Assembly: GCA_050486505.1 (NCBI GenBank)
Contig: JBJHDK010000041.1
Coordinates: 1-20,477, forward strand
DNA length: 20,477 nt
Reading direction: 5' to 3'
Origin: Fibrobacteria bacterium
GTDB taxonomy: Bacteria > Fibrobacterota > Fibrobacteria > UBA11236
Under the pieces are notes generated by a model that worked only from the letters and a program-made list of their open reading frames with translations, did not search any database and had not been told where the DNA came from. Made by a program: the position numbers and the translations under genes. Shown here piece by piece: positions 1 to 8,989 of the stretch (positions are counted from its first letter, which is position 1; each line of letters opens with the position of its first letter).

Positions 1-2
1 GC

Positions 3-458
3 GCCACGGCCCTGGCCGGTTCGAACCGCAGCCACCGGCACCTCCGCATCCGCCACGCCGCGCCCGATTGCGTCTCGAAGCAGTTGTTCAAGGCCGTGGT
101 GACCGGCAGCGGCCGCAGCAGCATGGACGGCACGGTGACCGTGGAGCGCGGCGCCCAGCGCACCGATGCGCGCCAATTGCTGCAGCACATGCTGCTCTCG
201 CCCGACGCTCGCGGCGACGCCAAGCCGCGGCTACTCATCCACGCCGACGACGTGAAGTGCAGCCACGGCGCGACCGTGGGCAAAACCGATCCCGCGCAGC
301 TGTTCTACCTGCTCTCGCGCGGGCTCGACCCGGCGGCGGCGCAATCACTGCTGACGCAGGCCTTCCTCGGCGAAGCGCTGGACGGCGTGTCGGAGGAGGT
401 GCGCGCGGACGCGTGGGCCGTTTTGACACCGGCCCTGAAGGAACGGGGAAATTCATGA
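3..458 (+). CDS. sufD: Fe-S cluster assembly protein SufD, C-terminal part (5' end outside window)
   Basis: Frame is open from the window edge. Motifs SKQLFKAV, QRTDARQ, LLSPDARGDAKPRLLIHADDVKCSHGATVG and QLFYLLSRG. Lies directly upstream of sufS. Confidence 0.92.
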   Translation, partial: ATALAGSNRSHRHLRIRHAAPDCVSKQLFKAVVTGSGRSSMDGTVTVERGAQRTDARQLLQHMLLSPDARGDAKPRLLIHADDVKCSHGATVGKTDPAQLFYLLSRGLDPAAAQSLLTQAFLGEALDGVSEEVRADAWAVLTPALKERGNS

Positions 459-481
459 CAAACAATCCCGCACGGATTCCC

Positions 482-509
482 GTAGGGGCAAATAATTATT
501 TGCCCCTAC
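482..509. repeat. GTAG-type REP, perfect 28-bp palindrome
   Basis: GTAGGGGCAAATAA|TTATTTGCCCCTAC is its own reverse complement and is intergenic between sufD and sufS. Confidence 0.85.
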
Positions 510-527
510 AATGGAATGGATGAAACC

Positions 528-1763
528 ATGACCCCGTATCTGAACATCAAACCCGATTTCCCCGTCCTGAACCGCCCCGGCGCCGACGGCAAGCCTTTGG
601 TGTACCTCGACACCGCCGCGACCTCGCAAAAGCCCGCCGCCGTGCTCGACGCCATGGACACCTTCTACCGTGAGCACTACGGCACCGTGCGGCGCGGGGT
701 GTATCGCCTCAGCGAGAAGGCCACGGCCGCCTACGAAGGCACCCGCAAAAAGGTGGCGGCCCTCCTGAACGCCCCTTCGGATCAAGAGGTCATCTACACC
801 CGCGGCACGACGGAAAGCCTCAACCTTGTGGCCGCCTCATGGGGCGGCGCGCATCTGGGGAGAAACGGATCCGGCGACGAGATCATCCTCTCGCAGATCG
901 AGCACCACGCCAACATCGTGCCGTGGCAGCTCGTCGCGGAACGCACCGGCGCAAAGATCAAGGTCATCCCCTGCGACGATCGCGGCGTGCTCGACCTTGA
1001 CGCCTACCGCAGTCTGCTTGCCTCCGGCAAGGTCAAGGTCGTCGCCGTCAACCACGTCTCCAACGCCCTGGGCACCGTCAACCCCATCGCCGAAATGGCC
1101 CGCCTCGCACATGCCGTCGGCGCCATCCTCGTCGTGGACGGCGCCCAAAGCGTGAGCCACATGCCCGTGGACGTGCAGGCACTCGGCGCCGACTTCTACG
1201 CCTTCTCGGGCCACAAGATCTTCGGCCCCACCGGCATCGGCATCCTGTGGGGGCGAATGGACCTTCTGAAGGCCATGCCCCCGTGGCAGGGCGGCGGCGA
1301 CATGATCCGCCGCGTCACCTTCGAGAAGACCACCTACCAGGATCCCCCCCACCGCTTCGAGGCCGGCACCCCCGCCATCGCCGAAGTCGTCGGGCTCGGT
1401 GCGGCCGTGGACTACCTCACCTCCGTGGGGCTCGACAAGATCGCCGCGCATGAACACGCCCTGCTCGAATACGGCACCAAGCTACTGGAAGGCATCGAGG
1501 GGGTGCGCCTCATCGGCACCGCTCCCGGCAAGGGCGCGATCCTCGGCTTCACGCTGGAAGGGGTGCACCCGCACGACATCGGCACCATGCTCGACATGGA
1601 CGGCATCGCCATCCGCGCGGGACACCACTGCGCCCAGCCCACCATGGATCGCTTCGGCGTCCCCGCCACCGCGCGCGCCTCCCTGGCCCCGTACAACACG
1701 GAATCGGATCTCGACGCCTTGGCGGCGGGAATCCGGAAGATCCAGAAGATGTTCCACGGATGA
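528..1763 (+). CDS. sufS: SufS-type cysteine desulfurase (alternative start at 516)
   Basis: LVYLDTAATSQKP, EHHANIVPWQ, VDGAQ, PLP-binding FSGHK and class II catalytic motif RAGHHCAQP. The ATG at 528 has GGA upstream. Confidence 0.96.
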   Translation: MTPYLNIKPDFPVLNRPGADGKPLVYLDTAATSQKPAAVLDAMDTFYREHYGTVRRGVYRLSEKATAAYEGTRKKVAALLNAPSDQEVIYTRGTTESLNLVAASWGGAHLGRNGSGDEIILSQIEHHANIVPWQLVAERTGAKIKVIPCDDRGVLDLDAYRSLLASGKVKVVAVNHVSNALGTVNPIAEMARLAHAVGAILVVDGAQSVSHMPVDVQALGADFYAFSGHKIFGPTGIGILWGRMDLLKAMPPWQGGGDMIRRVTFEKTTYQDPPHRFEAGTPAIAEVVGLGAAVDYLTSVGLDKIAAHEHALLEYGTKLLEGIEGVRLIGTAPGKGAILGFTLEGVHPHDIGTMLDMDGIAIRAGHHCAQPTMDRFGVPATARASLAPYNTESDLDALAAGIRKIQKMFHG

Positions 1764-1800
1764 ACACGTCGATCGAAATGAAGGGAATGCGGTTTGAAGC

Positions 1801-1862
1801 AAGGGCGATTCATGTGCCTTGAAATGAGGTCGCCCAACGGGCGAACGAATCATCGCCCCTAC
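1801..1862. repeat. Degenerate GTAG-type REP doublet
   Basis: 1839-1862 GGGCGAACGAATCATCGCCCCTAC ends in the same GCCCCTAC as the 482-509 REP. A decayed arm AAGGGCGATTCATGTGCCTT lies at 1801-1820. Confidence 0.6.
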
Positions 1863-1906
1863 AGTCGCCATGAAATAGCGATACTGCAAACTGCACCAAC
1901 CCTGCG

Positions 1907-1941
1907 TTACCTGTTACCTCCTACCTGATACCTCCTACCTA
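1907..1941 (+). repeat. Tandem heptamer repeat (NTACCTN x5)
   Basis: ttacctg ttacctc ctacctg atacctc ctaccta, abutting the sufU ATG. Confidence 0.8.
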
Positions 1942-2396
1942 TGTCTTCCTCCAACGAACTCTACCAACAGGTCATCCTAGACCACAACCGCAACCCGCGC
2001 AACTACCGGCCGATGGAAAACGCGACGCACGCGTGCCACGGGCACAACCCGCTGTGCGGCGACAACATCACGGTGTTCGCCAAGGTCTCCGGCGACGGCA
2101 AGACGCTCGAGGACATCGCCTTTCAGGGAAACGGCTGCGCGATTTCGAAGGCCAGCGCGTCGCTAATGACCACGCAGCTCAAGGGGAAACCCGTGGAAGA
2201 AGCCCGCATGCTCTTCGGGGAATTCCATGAGATGGTGAAGGGGGATCTTGATCCCGAGTCGCAGCCGAACCATCTCGGCAAGCTGAAGCTGTTTCAGGGA
2301 GTGAAGGAATACTCCTCGCGTATCAAGTGCGCCACGCTGTCGTGGCACGCACTCATGGGCGCGCTCGACCGCAAGGAAGAGACAAGCACGGAGTAA
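1941..2396 (+). CDS. sufU: SUF system NifU-family protein SufU
   Basis: LYQQVILDHNRNPRN, NPLCGD, GCAISKASAS and RIKCA give three Cys plus Asp. It has no IscU LPPVK motif and follows sufS. Confidence 0.93.
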   Translation: MSSSNELYQQVILDHNRNPRNYRPMENATHACHGHNPLCGDNITVFAKVSGDGKTLEDIAFQGNGCAISKASASLMTTQLKGKPVEEARMLFGEFHEMVKGDLDPESQPNHLGKLKLFQGVKEYSSRIKCATLSWHALMGALDRKEETSTE

Positions 2397-2424
2397 ACCG
2401 AAGTCGGGGGGTCGGTTCCGGAGG

Positions 2425-2508
2425 CGGCTTCGGAAGTTTCTCCTCCAAGGCTCCGGCTTCCGCCTGCGGCGGAAGAGTCGCCTTTCCGGAGAAGCCTTCC
2501 CTCAGCCG
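2425..2508. repeat. Structured ~85-bp hairpin repeat, copy 1
   Basis: Nested stems ggaag/cttcc, ttctcc/ggagaa, aaggc/gcctt and ttccgcc/ggcggaa. Aligns with 3224-3311. Confidence 0.75.
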
Positions 2509-2521
2509 GACGGCGACGTGA

Positions 2522-3199
2522 TCAGGACTTCGTCCGGTCACTCAAGAATGCCACGAGTTCCCTGACAGCCTTCCCGCGATGACTCAATGGGTGCTTCTCC
2601 TCCGCGCTCATCTCCGCGAATGTGCGGCCGTCGAGCGGCTTGCCGTCCACGCCTGTGGGGATAAAGAGCACGTCGTAGCCGAACCCTCCCCCGCCCCGCT
2701 CCTCGAAGCCGATCACACCCTCGCAGGATCCTTCGAAGAAGACCGCGCCCGGCGCTTCGACAGGCTCGGGGACCGGTCGTGGCTCAATCAGGCACAGCGC
2801 GATCCGGTAGCGCGCGCGCCGGTCATTGAGCGCGCGCCCGGTCCCCGAGCCTGTCGAGGGGCGGGCGCGCTCCAGTTCCCGCGCCAGCTTTTTGTTGTTG
2901 TCGTCATCGGTGCAGCCCGGCCCGGCATAGCGCGCGGACCACACGCCCGGCGCGCCGCTCAGGGCATCGACTTCGAGGCCGCTGTCGTCGGCGAGCACGG
3001 CGTGTTGCCCCCCGGTGCCTTCGAAGACGGCGCGGGCCTTGATGAGGGCGTTCTCCCGGAAGGTCGAACCGGTTTCCTCGGGGTCTCCATGGTATCCCGC
3101 CTGCGCGGCGGTGAGGACGGTGTAGCCCAGCGGCGCGAGCAGTTGCGCGAACTCTCGGGCCTTGCCGGGGTTTTTTGTCGCGAGGATGAGGGTTTTCAT
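2522..3199 (-). CDS. rdgB: dITP/XTP pyrophosphatase (RdgB/HAM1 family)
   Basis: MKTLILATKNPGKARE, EETGSTFRENALIKA, ADDSGLEVDAL, APGVWSARYAG, GFGYDVLF and SHRGKA. The likely start is the ATG at 3199. The ORF-track extension to 3358 is translated repeat DNA. Confidence 0.96.
   Translation of the reverse strand: MKTLILATKNPGKAREFAQLLAPLGYTVLTAAQAGYHGDPEETGSTFRENALIKARAVFEGTGGQHAVLADDSGLEVDALSGAPGVWSARYAGPGCTDDDNNKKLARELERARPSTGSGTGRALNDRRARYRIALCLIEPRPVPEPVEAPGAVFFEGSCEGVIGFEERGGGGFGYDVLFIPTGVDGKPLDGRTFAEMSAEEKHPLSHRGKAVRELVAFLSDRTKS
2757..2857. repeat. Perfect 20-bp inverted repeat pair inside rdgB
   Basis: TCGACAGGCTCGGGGACCGG (2757-2776) and CCGGTCCCCGAGCCTGTCGA (2838-2857) are translated as PVPEPVE and STGSGTG. 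Confidence 0.85.
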
Positions 3200-3223
3200 G
3201 GATCTCTCAAGGTAATCGGGAAC

Positions 3224-3311
3224 GGCCACCTCGCGAAGACTTCCTCCGGAGCTCCGGCATCCGCCTTCGGCGGATGAGTCGCTCCTCCGGAAGTTCTTCG
3301 TCTCAGCGGCC
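3224..3311. repeat. Structured ~85-bp hairpin repeat, copy 2
   Basis: Stems cgaaga/tcttcg, cttcc/ggaag, ggagc/gctcc and atccgcc/ggcggat. Same orientation and same unpaired motifs as copy 1. Confidence 0.75.
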
Positions 3312-3316
3312 CAACC

Positions 3317-3421
3317 CGTCACCCCGGCGAAGGCCGGGGTCCAGTCAGCAGAGCACAAACACCGAAGAATTCTTCGTGGCCAATCCTTCGCTGACTGGAT
3401 CCCCGCCTACGCGGGGATGAC
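3317..3421. repeat. Inverted pair of CGTC-type REPs (REPIN-like doublet)
   Basis: GTCACCCCGGCGAAGGCCGGGGTCCAGTCAGC (3318-3349) matches the reverse complement of 3390-3421, GTCATCCCCGCGTAGGCGGGGATCCAGTCAGC. The spacer contains the palindrome CGAAGAATTCTTCG. Confidence 0.85.
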
Positions 3422-3478
3422 AGAAAACCCATCCGATCTCAGAAACGAAGCTTCAACACCGGCGGCTTCATAGCCTGG

Positions 3479-6019
<2,541 letters not shown>

Positions 6020-6211
6020 CAGGTTCCTTGATTGGCCTTGAAATTTCGCGATTTAGCGGCGATTTATGGGCGATTTTAGGCGCGTAAAGATAAGAACGGG
6101 GAGAGGTGCGGGGGGACCTCCCCGCGGGCTTTTCCGGGGTTGGGGGGGCTGTGGGAGCGGACTCGGACGGTTTGGACGAGCGCTGCGGTTTCCATACCCC
6201 AGGTACACGGG

Positions 6212-6226
6212 GCAATTGCCGTGCCG
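6212..6226 (-). promoter_or_regulatory. Sigma54-like -24/-12 motif facing leuS
   Basis: Minus strand reads CGGCACGGCAATTGC, which is GG-N10-GC. Confidence 0.4.
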
Positions 6227-6276
6227 GAATCCCTAGGGACGGCACCCATGAAAGACGGTGTCCGAGAGGTGATGGA

Positions 6277-7017
6277 CTATCGAACGTGCTTCCAAACGTG
6301 TTCTACGAACCATGCCGGAAGGGGATCGTGTCTGGCTACGATGTCGCGGCCTTCCGTGGCTTCTGCCAACAGGATGCTTTCAGCCCCGTCTCGCGAGTTG
6401 TCGAAAATGTAGGCGCGGTTAGTGGCACCAATGGCATTAAGCAGTAGGTCAAGTGAACGGTGATAGCGTTCGGAGATTTTTTCGACGGGCACCTCATGCC
6501 CGCCTTCCCGCACCCGGGTTTGGACGCGGGCGATGTTGATTTCCGGGTCCTCAGTGGCGATGTAGTACAGGTAGGTTCGATATCCGAGGGCTTGCGCGGC
6601 CTTAAGGATTTCCACCTTGCCCGGGTGCGACATGACCGTTTCGAAGGTAAAGGAAGCTTTGGCCCGCAGCAGTTTGCTTCGGATAAAGTCCGCAGTGAGG
6701 GAAGCGAGATATGAACCACCGGATATTCCCCGGAAAGCCAGCTTGTTCCCTTCGAGGAGAAGATGCCCTTCCGGTTCGGCAAGGCCGGTGCTATCCCAGA
6801 GCCCGGACTCCCTGAAATGCGCCACAACCTCGGCGTTGGTGGTTTGTACGTCGTAGGTGGACAGGTCAACGGAACCGGTCTGGCCCAAGGCAAGTTCGAT
6901 TTCGTCGGGATTGACATAGATGCCCAGGAGTTCGGGCGGCAGGAGCGCTTTGATGGTGCTTTTGCCCGAGCCGTTCGGCCCCGCTATCATGCGGAGCCGA
7001 GGGATGGCGGATGTCAC
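6277..7017 (-). CDS. Zeta-toxin-family P-loop kinase/ATPase
   Basis: MIAGPNGSGKST Walker A, YVNPDEI, SFTFETVMSH, RVQTRVREGGHEVP and YIFDNS. Its GTG start overlaps the upstream TGA (GTGA). Confidence 0.88.
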   Translation of the reverse strand: MTSAIPRLRMIAGPNGSGKSTIKALLPPELLGIYVNPDEIELALGQTGSVDLSTYDVQTTNAEVVAHFRESGLWDSTGLAEPEGHLLLEGNKLAFRGISGGSYLASLTADFIRSKLLRAKASFTFETVMSHPGKVEILKAAQALGYRTYLYYIATEDPEINIARVQTRVREGGHEVPVEKISERYHRSLDLLLNAIGATNRAYIFDNSRDGAESILLAEATEGRDIVARHDPLPAWFVEHVWKHVR

Positions 7018-7247
7018 GGGAGGCGGGCGTGGGTTCCCACGCTTACCGGCGTCGGGGGGGCGACCGCTTTGATGCGGCGGCGACGGCCGTCGGGGAAAAT
7101 TTCAAAGATACCCCTCCAGCCGGATTCCTGATCAACTACGTAGACGCTTCCATGCCTGATCGCGCGCTGGTAGGCCTGCCGAACTGCCGTGGTGGCCCAA
7201 GCCGGGACTTGGCATTCTTGGCGGTCGATTTCCTGTTCACTAGGCAT
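7014..7247 (-). CDS. Small hypothetical protein, putative antitoxin partner of the zeta-like kinase
   Basis: 77 aa with a 4-nt overlap into the kinase gene. A sigma70-like promoter lies directly upstream. Confidence 0.7.
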   Translation of the reverse strand: MPSEQEIDRQECQVPAWATTAVRQAYQRAIRHGSVYVVDQESGWRGIFEIFPDGRRRRIKAVAPPTPVSVGTHARLP

Positions 7248-7253
7248 GACAAG

Positions 7254-7282
7254 AATTTAGTCCAAGGATGGCGTAGCGACAA
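7254..7282 (-). promoter_or_regulatory. Sigma70-like promoter giving a leaderless transcript
   Basis: Minus strand TTGTCG-17 nt-TAAATT, then 6 nt to the ATG at 7247. No Shine-Dalgarno sequence. Confidence 0.55.
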
Positions 7283-7327
7283 ATTGGAGCACAAATGGGA
7301 GTGATTTCAATTCCCCCCGATACTGGG

Positions 7328-7342
7328 GCAAATGCCGTGCCG
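7328..7342 (-). promoter_or_regulatory. Sigma54-like -24/-12 motif
   Basis: Minus strand CGGCACGGCATTTGC, 14/15 identical to 6212-6226. Confidence 0.4.
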
Positions 7343-7350
7343 CCTGCGCA

Positions 7351-8319
7351 CTACCCCCTCCCCAACCGCTCCAGCATTTCCACGGCACCGTGTTCGAAGC
7401 GCGAGAAAGCAAACCACTTTTTGCCCAGGTCCTTGAGCGACGCACCAAGGTGGTACAGGGTCTCGCCGTCGAGGATCAAAAAGCGGTCGTGGGCTTCCTT
7501 GAACTCCCGAACCTCGACCGGCGGGTATTGGGTGTTGTGCTTCTTGAGATCGAGGGTGAACTCAGGGGTTACCGTACGGGTGTAAAGGACTACGGAAACC
7601 CCCTCCCCTCTTTTGCCAAGCAAGGTGAGCACTGTGTCGTCGATGTAATTGTCGATGAGGACGATGGACTTCCGCGCGCCGCGGATGAGATCGCTGACAA
7701 ACGCATGAGCGTCGTAAACTTGACCGTCGTAGAAGATGCCCTGTCGGGGTGTGGCTGTCGGGCCTTCGAGGGCGGTGAAGACCTGCTCGAACCGGCTATC
7801 CGTCTCTGTCTCGAAGGCGAGTTGTCGTTTCTCCATGCCATCGAGGCGTTGGACAAGGCCAGAGTGGGCATGAAGGGTGCGCCGCATTTCGACAAAGGCA
7901 CGCATGATGGCGACGTGGACTTGTACGGCTCGGGGACCGGTCAGGACGGCGGATAGACCTGCGATTCCCTGTTCAGTGAAGGCGTAAGGAAGCGATCCGC
8001 CGAGATGCTTGCGGGAAGGTATCACATTCTGTGATACCATGGATTCCAGCTCGTTTTCGTCAATCCGGAACATGAAGTCGTGGGGAAAGCGACCTGGATT
8101 CCGTTTGACCTGCTGGCGCAGGCGAATGGGAGTCGTGCCATACAGCTCGGCCAAATCCTTGTCGAGCATCACATACAGACCTCGCAGGACATGGATACGA
8201 TTGCGGAGGCCAACCTCGCCATCTATGTGAAAGGATGAGCCGGGCTCTTTGTCCCCGGCTTTCACGGGTGTCGCGGCGGTTTTGGCTTTTTCGGGTTGTG
8301 CGGGGCGTTGGGTTACCAT
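7351..8319 (-). CDS. ORF6N-domain DNA-binding protein with C-terminal PLD-like domain (start uncertain)
   Basis: RGLYVMLDKDLAELYG, VKRNPGRFPHDFMF, PYAFTEQG and IMRAFVEMR mark ORF6N. The C-terminus has IVLIDNYID and HDRFLILD...YHLGASLKDLG. Confidence 0.88.
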   Translation of the reverse strand: MVTQRPAQPEKAKTAATPVKAGDKEPGSSFHIDGEVGLRNRIHVLRGLYVMLDKDLAELYGTTPIRLRQQVKRNPGRFPHDFMFRIDENELESMVSQNVIPSRKHLGGSLPYAFTEQGIAGLSAVLTGPRAVQVHVAIMRAFVEMRRTLHAHSGLVQRLDGMEKRQLAFETETDSRFEQVFTALEGPTATPRQGIFYDGQVYDAHAFVSDLIRGARKSIVLIDNYIDDTVLTLLGKRGEGVSVVLYTRTVTPEFTLDLKKHNTQYPPVEVREFKEAHDRFLILDGETLYHLGASLKDLGKKWFAFSRFEHGAVEMLERLGRG

Positions 8320-8333
8320 GCCACCGGGTTGAT

Positions 8334-8349
8334 GCAAAGTCCGTTCCCG
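8334..8349 (-). promoter_or_regulatory. Sigma54-like -24/-12 motif upstream of the ORF6N gene
   Basis: Minus strand CGGGAACGGACTTTGC(A), which is GG-N10-GC. Confidence 0.35.
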
Positions 8350-8382
8350 GGCGAAGGGCGGTACGGGATGGAGTCCCCCAAT

Positions 8383-8411
8383 AAAAAAAGGCAGCTCGTT
8401 GGAACTGCCTT
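8383..8411 (-). terminator. Rho-independent terminator
   Basis: Minus strand AAGGCAGTTC-CAAC-GAGCTGCCTT running into a T7 tract. Confidence 0.8.
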
Positions 8412-8457
8412 GATCCCTGTGGGGATTCGCGCTGTGCCGCCGCTGTTTAGGGCACCT

Positions 8458-8619
8458 CTAGTTCGGATCTGCGATGCGGTCGTAAGGCGGATTCACCTGC
8501 ACGGCTCCGGTGCGGGTTCCCGTTTTCACCACGGGCGCGACGACTTCGTCGACCTCGGGGGTTCCGGCCGCGATGCCGTCGGCGATCTTCTTCTGGATTT
8601 CGTCGTTCTTGATGTTGTC
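8458..8619 (-). pseudogene. 53-codon gene remnant lacking a 5' end
   Basis: DNIKNDEIQKKIADGIAAGTPEVDEVVAPVVKTGTRTGAVQVNPPYDRIADPN* has host-like GC3 codons. It is preceded in frame by TAA at the MITE junction and followed by a terminator. It is not in the ORF track. Confidence 0.55.
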
Positions 8620-8622
8620 TTA

Positions 8623-8785
8623 AGGGCACCTCTATAAATGGGTTTCGTTGGGAGAACCGAGCGAGACCGAGGTCAAGCAGGAGCGCGAAGGAGGCGATAT
8701 GAAACAAATATCGCCGATGCAGCGCGACGCACTTGGCCGATGGTCGCAGCCGGTTCGAGTAGAAAAGCATTTATAGAGATGCCCT
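8623..8785. mobile_element. 163-bp MITE with 18-bp terminal inverted repeats and TA flanks
   Basis: AGGGCACCTCTATAAATG (8623-8640) and CATTTATAGAGATGCCCT (8768-8785) match 17/18. TA lies at 8621-8622 and 8786-8787. Internal hairpin GGCGATAT-N7-ATATCGCC. No transposase. Confidence 0.8.
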
Positions 8786-8989
8786 TACCGAGCCATTGCG
8801 GCCTCCGGTATGGGGACACAATGCGTGGCCGTGGGTAGAGGATGCAAAAAGAATGGGGCGGTGACGAGAAACGGGGAGATCGGGGATATTGGGGGGGATG
8901 CGGGGGGGCGATGCGGTGGTGGGGGGCGCTGTGGGGTCACACCAATATTTCAGTGAAAAACAGAATACTGGCGCCGGAATAGACTTAAA

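Noticed and set aside
3224..3311. Hammerhead ribozyme or tRNA
   Set aside because: No CUGANGA/GAAA core in the required arrangement on either strand, and no cloverleaf.
3200..3358. 53-aa N-terminal extension of RdgB in the ORF track
   Set aside because: It is translated REP/hairpin DNA. Family homology starts at MKTLILAT (3199).
6020..6276. T-box riboswitch or attenuator upstream of leuS
   Set aside because: No T-box GGTGGNACC core, specifier stem, U-tailed terminator or Leu-rich leader peptide is visible.
8447..8838. ORFs 8447-8770, 8296-8637 and 8638-8838
   Set aside because: They run through the MITE and its repeats, have no recognisable motifs, and the codon-biased frame is the unlisted remnant at 8458-8619.
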